Source of the DNA: Nemertoderma westbladi
Lineage: Eukaryota > Animalia > Xenacoelomorpha
Assembly (NCBI GenBank): GCA_032718475.1
Contig: JAUCBJ010003882.1
Coordinates: forward strand, 1 to 64,000
Reading direction: 5' to 3'
Length of the DNA stretch: 64,000 nt
This document shows positions 26,101-38,385 of the stretch, in pieces. How positions within the stretch are numbered: the stretch's first letter is position 1; every line of letters begins with the position of its first letter. The notes under the pieces are model-generated. The model worked only from the letters and a program-made list of their open reading frames with translations, was not told the DNA's origin and ran no database searches. The position numbers and the translations under genes were made by a program.

Positions 26101-28510
26101 ATATCTGGCGGCCCCTATAGGAAGTTACGGCCCAATCGGTAAGATATCTGGCGGCCCCTATAGGAAGTTACGGCCCAATCGGTAGGATATCTGGCGGCCC
26201 CTATAGGAAGTTACGGCCCAATCGGTAAGATATCTGGCGGCCCCCATAGGAAGTTACAGCCCAATAGGTAAGATATCCGGCGGCCCCCATAGGAAGTTAC
26301 AGCCCAATCGTAAAGATATCTGGCGGCCCCTATAGGAAGTTACGGCCCAATCGGTAAGATATCTGGCGGCCCCCATAGGAAGTTACAGCCCAATCGGTAA
26401 GATATCCGGCGGCCCCCATAGGAAGTTACAGCCCAATCGGTAAGATATCCGGCGGCCCCCATAGGAAGTTACAGCCCAATCGGTAAGATATCCAGTGGCC
26501 CCCATAGGAAGTTACAGCCCAATTGGTAAGATATCCGGCGGCCCCCATAGTAAGTTACAGCCCAATTGGTAAGATATCTGGCGGCCCCTATAGGAAGTTA
26601 CGGCCCAATCGGTAAGATATCTGGCGGCCCCCATAGGAAGTTACAGCCCAATCGGTAAGATATCCGGCGGCCCCCATAGGAAGTTACAGCCCAATCGGTA
26701 AGATATCCGGCGGCCCCCATAGGAAGTTACAGCCCAATCGGTAAGATATCCGGCGGCCCCTATAGTAAGTTACAGCCCAATTGGTAAGATATCTGGCGGC
26801 CCCTATAAGAAGTTACAGCCCAATCGGTAAGATATCCGGCGGCCCCCATAGTAAGTTACAGCCCAATCAGTAAGATATCCGGCGGCCCCCATAGGAAGTT
26901 ACAGCCCAATAGGTAAGATATCCGGCGGCCCCCATAGGAAGTTACAGCCCAATAGGTAAGATATCCGGCGGCCCCTATAGTAAGTTACAGCCCAATTGGT
27001 AAGATATCTGGCGGCCCCTATAAGAAGTTACAGCCCAATCGGTAAGATATCCGGCGGCCCCCATAGTAAGTTACAGCCCAATCAGTAAGATATCCGGCGG
27101 CCCCCATAGGAAGTTACAGCCCAATCGGTAAGATATCCGGCGGCCCCTATAGTAAGTTACAGCCCAATTGGTAAGATATCTGGCGGCCCCTATAAGAAGT
27201 TACAGCCCAATCGGTAAGATATCCGGCGGCCCCCATAGTAAGTTACAGCCCAATCAGTAAGATATCCGGCGGCCCCCATAGGAAGTTACAGCCCAATCGG
27301 TAAGATATCTGGCGGCCCCTATAAGAAGTTACAGCCCAATCGGTAAGATATCCGGCGGCCCCCATAGTAAGTTACAGCCCAATCGGTAAGATATCCGGCG
27401 GCACCTATAGGAAGTTACAGCCCAATCAGTAAGATATCCGGCGGCCCCCATAGGAAGTTACAGCCCAATCGGTAAGATATCCGGCGGCCCCCATAGTAAG
27501 TTACAGCCCAATCAGTAAGATATCCGGCGGCCCCCATAGTAAGTTACAGCCCAATCAGTAAGATATCCGGCGGCCCCTATAAGAAGTTACAGCCCAATCG
27601 GTAAGATATCCGGCGGCCCCTATAAGAAGTTACAGCCCAATCGGTAAGATATCCGGCGGCCCCCATAGTAAGTTACAGCCCAATCGGTAAGATATCCGGC
27701 GGCCCCCATAGTAAGTTACAGCCCAATCAGTAAGATATCCGGCGGCCCCCATAGGAAGTTACAGCCCAATCGGTAAGATATCCGGCGGCCCCCATAGGAA
27801 GTTACAGCCCAATCGGTAAGATATCCGGCGGCCCCTATAGTAAGTTACAGCCCAATTGGTAAGATATCTGGCGGCCCCTATAAGAAGTTACAGCCCAATC
27901 GGTAAGATATCCGGCGGCCCCCATAGGAAGTTACAGCCCAATCGGTAAGATATCCGGCGGCCCCCATAGGAAGTTACAGCCCAATCGGTAAGATATCCGG
28001 CGGCCCCTATAGTAAGTTACAGCCCAATTGGTAAGATATCTGGCGGCCCCTATAAGAAGTTACAGCCCAATCGGTAAGATATCCGGCGGCCCCCATAGTA
28101 AGTTACAGCCCAATCAGTAAGATATCCGGCGGCCCCCATAGGAAGTTACAGCCCAATAGGTAAGATATCCAGCGTCCCCTATAGGAAGTTACGGCCCAAT
28201 CGGTAAGATATCCGGCGGCCCCCATAGGAAGTTACAGCCCAATAGGTAAGATATCCAGCGTCCCCTATAGGAAGTTACGGCCCAATCGGTAAGATATCCG
28301 GCGGCCCCCATAGGAAGTTACAGCCCAATCGGTAAGATATCCAGTGGCCCCCATAGGAAGTTACAGCCCAATCGGTAAGATATCCAGTGGCCCCTATAGG
28401 AAGTTACGGCCCAATCGGTAAGATATCCGGTGGCCCCTATAGGAAGTTACGGCCCAATCGGTAAGATATCCGGCGGCCCCTATAGGAAGTTACGGCGCAA
28501 TCGGTAAGAT
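20163..28510. repeat. ~8.3-kb GC/CpG-rich satellite, 43-bp unit GTTACAGCCCAATCGGTAAGATATCCGGCGGCCCCTATAGGAA, with truncated sub-units and locally homogenised variant blocks
   Basis: Directly visible; unit spacing 20163 to 20206 = 43 bp. Confidence 0.98.
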
Positions 28511-30068
28511 ACCAAGCTGGCTTATCGGACGTTTTGGCAAAAATCGAGCACCGCCTAGTTTCTTGGTGGGACATTTTCGCGCAGACCTGGCAGATTAAAA
28601 TTATTTACACAAATAGCCACTGACACTATATATAATATCGATTATGCCAATAATATTTTCATTTAATAAATTTAGTTAACTGTCTTATTGAACAACGAAA
28701 GAAATTTAATATTAATAATAAATTAATCATTTTTTCCGATGGGAAGGCTCTTTCCCCTAGTAGTATCATCCACAACCTACCTATCATGCCCACAGTCTTT
28801 TTAAACTATCATTTATAAAATTACAAAAAGCGACGGCCCAAGAAGCGTTCGGTGCATATATTCGCGCGGTATTTCACGAGGTGTCGATGTGGTAATTAGT
28901 CAATAACTACATTAAACCATTTGTCAAATTTTTGTATTTGTTAGATTCAGAAGATAGCGTAGGTATTTTGAAACTACGCGTAGGTGCTACGCGTAGCTAC
29001 GCATAGGTGCTACGCGTAGCAGTCCTGATAACAATGAAATTAGTCATTCTAACTTTAAGTAGTCTTTGTATATGAAATATTTTTTACAGTGATGAATTTA
29101 ACAGAGTTAAATTTAAGCTAAAAAATATTTTGTATTCATTAGATTCAGAAGTTAATTTGACATTCCAGCTTTAAGTACTTAACCTTGTGTATGAAATATA
29201 ATTAAGAGTATATTAAGATATTAAGTTATTAAGTTAACGTTATACATTAAGAGATATTTAACTTTCGGAATCTATTTAACCTTCAACGAATTAAGTTTTA
29301 AATTACGTTTTAAGTACATAACGCAGTGGATAGGCAGTGTTAAAAATGTATTGAAGATTATTATGCTTAGTTTATTTAGGACGTTGGACAAAGGAAAAGT
29401 ACCGTATAGATGTGTCTATATAAAAAGGACTGTTGTTCTCTATGTATAAACTGTTTATATAATTTTGTTTCTGTTTCCTGAGAAGTTCGGTCAGTAATAA
29501 ACTAACTAGAATAAGTATCGTAAATATCACTGTTATCATAGAAACAACACAGTAAACATCAAACAAATCACTCGCGTATCCACATTTAAAATAAAATGAA
29601 AGTTTACGTGTCCAACAATTTCAACTTTATTTACCCAAATAAACCGAAGATAAAATTAATCAAAACTTTGAGTATTTATAGTCAGTATGATTTCAGATTA
29701 ACCACTGTGTCCAACTGTCCATGGTTATGTGGAAAAAGTAAATTTAATACGTAAAATATAAAATTTGTTAATTGATATAATTATTAAAATAAACATTTGC
29801 ACCATAATTAATTAAATATAAATACTAAATACCGCGCTATATATTGCTAGTCTTCGTCAAACATGTATTGAGTGAAACAAAATTAACAGAAAAATTAATG
29901 TTATGAAGTTATAATATGTTAGAAAGTTATAATGTAATGTTAAAGTTATGAAGGCCAATAGATTGAACATTTATGAATGTTATGTTTTTTTAGTTGTTAG
30001 TTTAATGATCACCTTGAATCGTTAAAAATCTACAATTTATGTAGGTTTCCACTGTTTTCTATACTGTT

Positions 30069-33000
30069 TTAAATTTCTTCCACACCAATACAACTCTGAC
30101 ACCGACACTGGGAATGCGCTTCCACTATTGACCGCTGGGCGGCATACTGCGGTCGATTATCCTGGTCACACGTCATCGCGATCTCCGCGTCGAAAACTGA
30201 CGTTGCCACGCAACCGACCGGACAACGTAAGACCCCCTGCTGCGAGTCACACCCTGCACGCCCGCCGAACGTTGCGTTGCGTAATGCGTGCGGCGCGGGC
30301 TCGCACTCGCACCGATGACAGACCCGCTGCTGGCGGGAGGGCGGGCAACCGGTACCGGTACCGACGGCAGAGACAGCCCGATCGCGATACTGCGAACCGG
30401 AGCCGCAACTGGCGGCGTCGCAGACGCTCCACTCGCCCCAACCGCCCACCACGCAAGAAAACTCAGGGGAAGCCACCCCGAGGCAGCAGACGGAAACAGC
30501 GACAGTAGCGTGAGAGTACAACCCATCGTTAACCATCACGTGAAACTTATCCTCAACCATCATGTTTACCTCGTTGCCTTGGAGACACGCCGCAGGTTCG
30601 TAACGGATAATACCGTCGCCGATAGCCGCGTTCATGTTGTCATAGGAACCGCAGAAGGTTGAATCGTATCCACCGGGTCGGTATGACACCATGGTGACAT
30701 CATGTTCGGTTTGTGTATCCAAGGTAACTGAGCCGGAATTCGGTTGATATATTGTTAGACAAACCTGGACCTCCTTTATTAGTAATTGGTTTTCGATACG
30801 AATATTCCGGAGTGAACTTATAATATTCGCATTTACATTCTGTTTTGAGTGGATTATAACTGGTTGAATATGAGTTATAGAATAGCGGGAGATTTGAATA
30901 TTAGCTGTGAACTGCCTGGATTGGCTAACCACCACCCCTTGGTTAGCCAATAGCTGAGCCGTTTTAGGTACACCAATGGAAATGTTGATGCTAGCCAAAC
31001 CCATAAAGTTAACCAAAGGGGTGAATTTCATAGAGGCTATTGCTTCACGCACTAAGGGAGCAGGACCTGCGAAGCACATGTTGCTGGGGTAACCCCCATG
31101 CACCCCCATGTGATCAAAATAAAGGCGAAGCTCGTCCGGCATTGTCATGGAAACAAGTCCGTGATTGGACGTTACATTAACATGGAGTATACCGGGAACA
31201 TCTTCCCCTGGTAAGGACATTCTGACACCTACCGGTTCCAGAGTACTACCCTGATTTATACTCCTCAGCATGGATGTAACCTCGACACCTTCAACACTAC
31301 CGATGCACTGTGATTTTGCTCCGACGGCCCAAACTGTTAATATTTCGTGTATAATATTTCCATCTCCCCTGTAAACGACTATTCTTATTGGTTCAACGCA
31401 GCTAGAACTGTCGCTCAAACGAATTTCACTTTCTTCTAGTGCGCGATTGCATTCCTCTGTGGTGTTGCAGGTAAATTCCAACAACAATGGGGAGCTGCCA
31501 CCGGTTAATATCAGCTGATCTGCGGTAATGCGAAACCGACGTTGAAAGTTGGAGGCTCGCGAGCGGATGGTGAGAATTGAAAGGGTTTTGATATCATCGT
31601 CGTTTTGAAAATAAATAAAGAGATTTGATGGAATTAAACTGGTAGGCGGTTGACTCGCCGTTACATCAATTATCACTTCCATTTTTGTAGGCTCAATATC
31701 AACTGTCTCTTCGCATACTGTGGCATCATTAGTTACCATAGCTTCTTCCACGGTCACCTCCAACTTACTTGTCCAATCGGAACACCTGGTCTCCATCCAG
31801 TAAGGGGGGAGAATTCGGGGTTGCCAAGCCCACACCTTGGTAGGGAAAGGGTACCAGAATCGTGGGTACCAACTCGGCCACACATTGGGGTGACGGGGGC
31901 CACGCGCCTCATATCTGTCTGCCTGCCCCGGTTCCATCCACAGCGAGGTCGGAAGGGCCCAGCTCGGAGGCTTCGCCCATTCATCGCACCACGGGACATA
32001 CAACAGACTAGATAGAGCCGAGTTGACGCTGGTAAGCGAGCCGTGAAAGACTAAACGTTTTTTCCCGTTGCAGCCATTATCAACACCCTCGGCCATGTTA
32101 TTTTCGAAAAACTGGTTGAAATCTCCATTGTGATCAATATGGTGCCGCACCCCGGCACCATAACTTCCGTTTATAATGGAGTACTGTTTCTCAAATATGA
32201 TATCGGTCAGCGGTTGATCAGTATTAACCCAAAGAACTCCACCCTTATCGAGTTCTAGAGTAACCTTATAACTCGCCTTATCTATACCATCATCATCTCC
32301 TATCTTTAGATTGTCTATAAGAACGGCCTGACCTTCAGTGGTTGTGACTCTCCCGCCTCGTAGTCGTTCAATAAACACGGGAGCGTCGCTACTAGAACTT
32401 ATAAAGACACTCAACGTTTCAGTAACGACAGACTTTTCATTAAGATTCTCCAACTCCTCTGCTATCGCGTGGACATTGAAGCAGAACTTACCGTGGTCGT
32501 TAGAACGAGGTTTTATTTTAAGACCAATAAGATCGCTTTCCGACAAGTTGCCCAGATGAGTTTTGCTCAGTTCTGTGTTATCCGACTTAGTAAACAGCCA
32601 ACCAGTAGGTATGTGAAGAGGACAAGAACAAACCGCGTCTCTACAGCTGAGAGGCTCCCAACAGTCGCACAGTTTAACGGATAATGACTCCGAGCCGTCG
32701 TTGTCATAGAGACATGCGGCTATGACGTCAGAAAATTCTTCGCCTTCTTGAATGTAAACGGTTTGAACCCTTAAAGCGGGGGCGTCCACCGAAGGTTTGA
32801 CGTCAATCGTAACGGTGGCAACAGGTGACGTATCAAACTCATCGCTAACGCGGTAAGCAAACTGAACGCGACCGGAATAGTGGGCAATAGGAACGAATAT
32901 AAACTCCCCCGTGGCAGTGTCGACTAATCGGATGTTAGGACTGCCCGCCACCAGCTGGTACCGCGTATACAACGCTGTGTGATTGGCTGTCGCACGTGGA

Positions 33001-33164
33001 CAAGCCGACATCCGGGCGTGCAGTTGGGCGTCCTCGTAGGAATGCAGCAGGATGTCCAATGCACGAATACTGGGGCCTGGTTGGCATGGCAGCGTCGCCC
33101 CGAGGCTGGTTGCCAGGAACAATACAACTAGTAAAATGTATGCTGGGCGGCGTGGTTTTATCAT
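30069..33164 (-). CDS. Intronless 1031-aa secreted protein: signal peptide, several bacterial-type Ig/cadherin-like adhesin repeats, C-terminal TSP1 and Cys-rich region
   Basis: Hydrophobic N-terminus; GEFIFVP...SGRVQFAYRVSD...VATVTIDVKPSVDAP (Big_9/cadherin-like); DNDGSESLSV...IP.G...LIGLKIKP; GSLTSVNSALSSLLYVP; CVVGGWGEWSVC...CGSGSQYRDR (TSP1). Confidence 0.88.
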   Translation of the reverse strand: MIKPRRPAYILLVVLFLATSLGATLPCQPGPSIRALDILLHSYEDAQLHARMSACPRATANHTALYTRYQLVAGSPNIRLVDTATGEFIFVPIAHYSGRVQFAYRVSDEFDTSPVATVTIDVKPSVDAPALRVQTVYIQEGEEFSDVIAACLYDNDGSESLSVKLCDCWEPLSCRDAVCSCPLHIPTGWLFTKSDNTELSKTHLGNLSESDLIGLKIKPRSNDHGKFCFNVHAIAEELENLNEKSVVTETLSVFISSSSDAPVFIERLRGGRVTTTEGQAVLIDNLKIGDDDGIDKASYKVTLELDKGGVLWVNTDQPLTDIIFEKQYSIINGSYGAGVRHHIDHNGDFNQFFENNMAEGVDNGCNGKKRLVFHGSLTSVNSALSSLLYVPWCDEWAKPPSWALPTSLWMEPGQADRYEARGPRHPNVWPSWYPRFWYPFPTKVWAWQPRILPPYWMETRCSDWTSKLEVTVEEAMVTNDATVCEETVDIEPTKMEVIIDVTASQPPTSLIPSNLFIYFQNDDDIKTLSILTIRSRASNFQRRFRITADQLILTGGSSPLLLEFTCNTTEECNRALEESEIRLSDSSSCVEPIRIVVYRGDGNIIHEILTVWAVGAKSQCIGSVEGVEVTSMLRSINQGSTLEPVGVRMSLPGEDVPGILHVNVTSNHGLVSMTMPDELRLYFDHMGVHGGYPSNMCFAGPAPLVREAIASMKFTPLVNFMGLASINISIGVPKTAQLLANQGVVVSQSRQFTANIQISRYSITHIQPVIIHSKQNVNANIISSLRNIRIENQLLIKEVQVCLTIYQPNSGSVTLDTQTEHDVTMVSYRPGGYDSTFCGSYDNMNAAIGDGIIRYEPAACLQGNEVNMMVEDKFHVMVNDGLYSHATVAVSVCCLGVASPEFSCVVGGWGEWSVCDAASCGSGSQYRDRAVSAVGTGTGCPPSRQQRVCHRCECEPAPHALRNATFGGRAGCDSQQGVLRCPVGCVATSVFDAEIAMTCDQDNRPQYAAQRSIVEAHSQCRCQSCIGVEEI

Positions 33165-33817
33165 ATTAACTGTATTTTAGTTCTTATAATGGAAATGGGA
33201 TCTTAAAAAATAATTAGATATGTCTTAAAATGTTTATCAACAAAAGAAAATGATTACCCACATATAAACTACATACTTTATAAACTGATCAGTTTGATTT
33301 CGTCTACTTTACGGCTGGGATGTGGTTTAAGGACACGGGAGTAAAGGTGTGTCACCGTCCCAATTAGTATATCCGGGGTATTGTATTGCAGATATAGGTC
33401 CAACACTCGTTGGGATTTCGAACAAACACAATCGGAGGGTAGCGCCCAAGTCAGTGTCGTTGGATTAATCTATGTATCAAAGGATACGTTTAAATATATT
33501 GTTTGACTCCGGTATCCAATTCGTTAGATTATGTTGCGTCATTAGGCTTGTTTGCAGGGGTTGTCAACAAGTGCCTCCACTCCCCTTATCAGTTTATAAT
33601 AAAACTTTATCGCCACAAAGTCCTCATTTGAATTTGGATTATGTACATGAAATACGCAATCATGCCTAGCTTAAGAATATACATGTCCCGTAATAAAATA
33701 GTGTAATTTTTTTATGACACATGGTTTTTTATGTAATATGGGGGAGGGGGTTCGTTATGTGGGGTAGGGGAAGGGCATTTAAGTTGGTTAGAGATGATGA
33801 TGATTTATATTATTAAT

Positions 33818-36800
33818 TAAGGGTGTGCCGGATATCCGGCCGGATTTCAATTTTTGGCCGGATTATCTTTTCAATTAATTGTTGAAAAATTTACAATTAT
33901 ATAATGTAAATAGACCAAATAAAATATATATATATAGAGGAATATTACTGTAAATAGTAATATTCAAAAAAAATTTTTTTATCAAAATAAATTTTCTTTT
34001 AATTTCAAACAAATTTAAACATAAGCAAATACAATGGAATACAATAAATTTTTTTTCATAGTTGGTATCATATTCATTAATATTATGAATATGATAAAGT
34101 CCAAAGCAGAGCTATCATCAGGGCAGTGTTAACAAGGAAGCTTATTAAGCTTTGGGGTAGGGCCTTCGCACGCTTGGGGTCCTCCCAAAGCGTAGATTGG
34201 GATTGGGGAAATTACAGAGTACCAAGTGATATTGAATTGCCTATACAGTATCAGTATATTATTGTTACTTGTTAGTGAGTAGAGTAGTGCACTGTGTTCC
34301 TTCTTGTTCAACCAGACCAGACTACAGAACTACAAGTACTACTGGTATTAAATGCTATTACACAGTTTTTGTTAGTTATATGCTTCGCTCAGTTGGTCCT
34401 TCGTTATTACATTACGTTTAGTTAATAATTTTCGTGATTATTTCATCCAAATCAGAAATTTGAATTGCCTCATAGTCAGGTCAGGTCCCCAGACCTGCTA
34501 CCACTATGGCAGTAATGTGGTACTACCTGTATCTGTCAGCCCAGTAGGGCAGACCCGATAAGCATAGCCTATTCATTATTTAGTTGATCAAGAGTGGGTT
34601 GGTTTTAGCCCCGTCAACTAAATAAGTCATTGAGGGCTATAGCGCCTAGGGCACCATTGAAGGCAAAGGCTTGATACGCATCTACAATAGAGATGATACA
34701 CGCCCCGGCCTGTCTATACTGGATGTTCCTCTACCAGTGTTAGGTAACCTAACCCAGGAGGCACACTTGGTTCAAGGTGTAACAAAAGGACCCTACAGTC
34801 GGCAGCAGGGCTGTAGGCCATGGATAGGCGGAAGGTAATCAACCAATGGCAAGACATGCTGACAAGGTCGGCGGAAGGTAATCAACCAACGGCGACCTGC
34901 TGCGACGACGCTTGTAGGAGTTGCGACCTCAAGCGGTTTACTCTCGCAACTGAAAGATATGAGTATGAGAACCCTCCAGGAGAAATACCGGCTCGGTCGA
35001 CGCCCGGGTCAACAAGGACCGCGTCCCTCAGTGGTACACCAGGCTGGGGTCGATAAATTGGCTACTGGAATAGAAGACAGAGAAGAAAGAAGAACCAACC
35101 TGTTGAAATGTAAAAAGACACTAAAGATTGCTACAATGACCGCACGCACGCTGAAAGCACATACCAAACAGGGTGACATGGTCGCTATGGCAATGGAATA
35201 TAACATCGACATCATCTGCATCCAAGAACATCGGATTTGTCATGAAGACACTGCCATGAAGTACAATGACATTGGAAATGGATGGACGTTAGTAACAAGC
35301 TCAGCAGTAAGTAACTCGGCCGATGCATCAATTGGTGGAGTATGAATTCTGCTAAGCCCATTTGCACTTTAAGACCATAAACAACATAGAATCTATAAAT
35401 TCCAGGATTATGATGGCAACATTTGATGGGAATCCCAAGACAACAGTTATATGTTGCTACAGTGCAACCAATGCCTCAGAGCCAGAACAAGCAGTCAAGT
35501 TTTATGAAGATCTGACTGGACTTATAAAGGACATTCCGAAACACAATGTTAAAGTCATTGCTGGTGACCTGAATGCGCAAATTGGCCCAGAAGCCATCAA
35601 GGGTTACACCTATAACACCAGTTCTAACAGAAATGGGTACTTACTTTTAGACCTAATGGAAGAATGTGAATTGATACCAACAAACAACACATTCGAAAAG
35701 ATTAAGGGGAAGCTATGGACCTTTCAATACCCTAATGGAACCAAAGCACAACTGGATTACATCCTTATAAACAAAAAGTAGAGAAACAGCATGATCAACT
35801 GCGAGGCATACAGCTCGTTCAACCTAATTGGTTCGGACCACAGAATTGTGACTGCAGAGATCAGACTCAGTTTGAGAGCCAGCAAACCCAGGACAAGCAA
35901 GCAAATCAACTATGACTGGGAGAAACTCATAACTGACAGTGCAGTAAAGGATGCTTACACAGTAGAAGTTCAAAACCGCTTTGAAGCACTTCAGTCAATG
36001 GATGAAGACCAATCCACCGATTCAATATACCAGAATATAATAACAGCCCACAAGGAATCAGCTAAGAGGCATATCCCCCAGAAACCCAAACGAAAACAAT
36101 ATGTGCCATGGCAAAACTCTGCTGAGGTTACTTGTAAGAGAGAAGATCTTAAGATAGCCTACAAAGTTAAAACCGAACAGCCAACAACCGAAAACATTAA
36201 CAAGGTTGAGAAAGCTAAGGACGATCTTAAATTGGCCTACAACATCAGCCAGGAAAAGTACATACAGGATAAAACTGAAGCAATTACAACTGCTCACATA
36301 CAGCAACAATCCAGACTTACCTGGCAAACTGTAAATGAGGTATCTGGTCGGAAAAGTTGTGCAAAGGGGCGCCTCAAAGCCGATAGTCCTGAAGAACGTG
36401 TTGGGAAGTGGAAACATCACTTCAGCAACTTGCTTGGGCAGCCACCAAACATCGAGGTCAGCCCTACAAGGAAAATATATGACAAGACACTCTATAGAAA
36501 CAGGGGACTTCACACCTGCCGAACTCCAAAGAAGCATCAAAAGCATGTCCAATAATAAAGCGAGTGGATTAGATGAAATCCCAGCGGAGGTATGGAAAAC
36601 CGGAGTGCTAAACAGACCATTATTGAATGTTTGCAACCGGATGTTAAAAGGGGAAAAGCCACCACCACTTTGGACTAAAGGTCAACTAAAGCCTCTCCCC
36701 AAGAAAGGAGACCTCGGCATACCAACAAACTATGGTGGGATCTGTCTGCTTGTGGTAGCTGCCAAAATATACAATAAAATGATTCTATATAGGATTAGGC

Positions 36801-38385
36801 CTCACATAGAGAAACTACTGCGTAAGAGACAAAACGGATTTCGACCAAGTAGATCAACAATAGCTCAGATACTTGCACTACGGAGACTGATTGAAGGAAT
36901 TAAGTCAAAGAATATCCCCACAGTCATGACTTTTGTGGACTTCAAGAAGGCATTCGACTCCATCCATAGAGGTAAAATGCTTGAAATACTAAGAGCTTAT
37001 GGAATACCAGAAGTAATTGTTGATGGCATTGGATTGCTATATTGTGACACAGAAGCGCAGGTACTCTCACCAGATGGTGAAACTGAGTTTTTCTCAATCC
37101 TGGCTGGCGTACTACAAGGTGACACATTAGCACCATTACTATTTGTAATTGTGCTGGATTACGCAATGAGGACGGCCACAAAGGGTGAAGATCTGGGATT
37201 CACACTTCAAGAACGCAGAAGTAGTAGATATCTGGCAACTACATTCACAGACACCGACTTTGCGGATGACATCGCCCTGCTCTCTAATACGCAGATGCAC
37301 AGCTTCTACTAAATAAAGTGGAGAGGGCTGCTAAGGAGGTTGGATTGCATATAAATGCTACCAAGACGAATTCATGACCTTTAATGTTCATGGAAACTTG
37401 ACAATCAATGATAATAATCAACTAAGGAAGGTCGACGACTTCCAGTACCTTGGATCATGGATAGAGAGTAGCAAAAAGGACATAGAAGTTAGGAAAGCAA
37501 AGGCTTGGGTAGTTCTATCAAAAATGGATACCATCTGGAAATCAGATCTCTCCAGGCAACTGAAGACTAAGTTCTTTCGAGCCACAGTGGAAAGTGTATT
37601 TTTATACGGGGGTGAGACCTGGGCATGGACACTGACTAAATCACATGAACAACGAATTGATGGTTGCTACACATGAATACTAAGGGCAGCCCTAAACATC
37701 AGCTGGATACAGCACATGACAAACGCCGAGCTTTATGGTACAATACCACCTGTATCAACCACCCTCCGTGAACGCAGATTAAGATTCAGTGGGCACTGCT
37801 GGCGAAGTAAAGACGAGGTCATACCAGATCTACTTCTCTGGCAACCAACTCATGGAAAGCGTAGTCGTGGACGACCTGCCATAACATATATAGATCAACT
37901 TGAAAGGGATACTGAACTTGGGAGAAACGACATTGCGACAACTATGGAGAATCAGGAAGCCTGGAAGGATCTCATTTCCACTGTCCGAGTTCGCTCGACC
38001 TAGTAGTAGTAGTAGTAGTAGTAGAATTGCCTCATTTGAAAACATTAAAAGTTTAATTTAATAGTTTAATTGACCAGTTTATATATTCGACAGGCAATTT
38101 AGAAAATCTAGTAAATCCAATTTAACTCAGAGAGAATATAAAAACTACAGCTATTATTACTTCGTCTATTTTTCAATTTGCACTTTAATTCATTTCATTT
38201 TCATATTTAACATTTAACAATATCAAATCAATCAATTATATCAAATCGACGTAGGCTATGGTGCAAACGGTTATGGTGTTAAAACAAATCCAGCAATGGC
38301 CGGAATTCCGGCCGGATTTTTTTTACAATTCCGGCTCCGACTCCGGCCTGGCCGGTTTGAAAATAGTCAATCCGGCACATCCCTA
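33818..38385. mobile_element. Non-autonomous hAT-like element interrupted by the RTE insertion
   Basis: 16-bp TIR TAAGGGTGTGCCGGAT / ATCCGGCACATCCCTA (14/16), subterminal CCGG repeats, 8-bp TSD TTATTAAT/CTATTAAT (7/8). Confidence 0.8.
34474..38023 (+). mobile_element. Full-length RTE-clade LINE (APE-RT single ORF, now inactivated)
   Basis: TSD GAATTGCCTCAT (34462-34473 and 38024-38035), (TAG)n tail starting at the stop codon, IQE/GDLN/SDH/FADD/YLG motifs, C-terminal RGRP; stops at 35343, 35779 and 37674 plus frameshifts. Confidence 0.96.

Noticed and set aside
20163-28510. CRISPR-like array
   Set aside because: Head-to-tail repeats without unique spacers, eukaryotic context, no cas genes
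29372-29566. Short hydrophobic ORF as a TM-anchor exon for the adhesin-like gene
   Set aside because: AT-rich sequence gives hydrophobic ORFs by chance; weak acceptor, and the upstream ORF has its own stop
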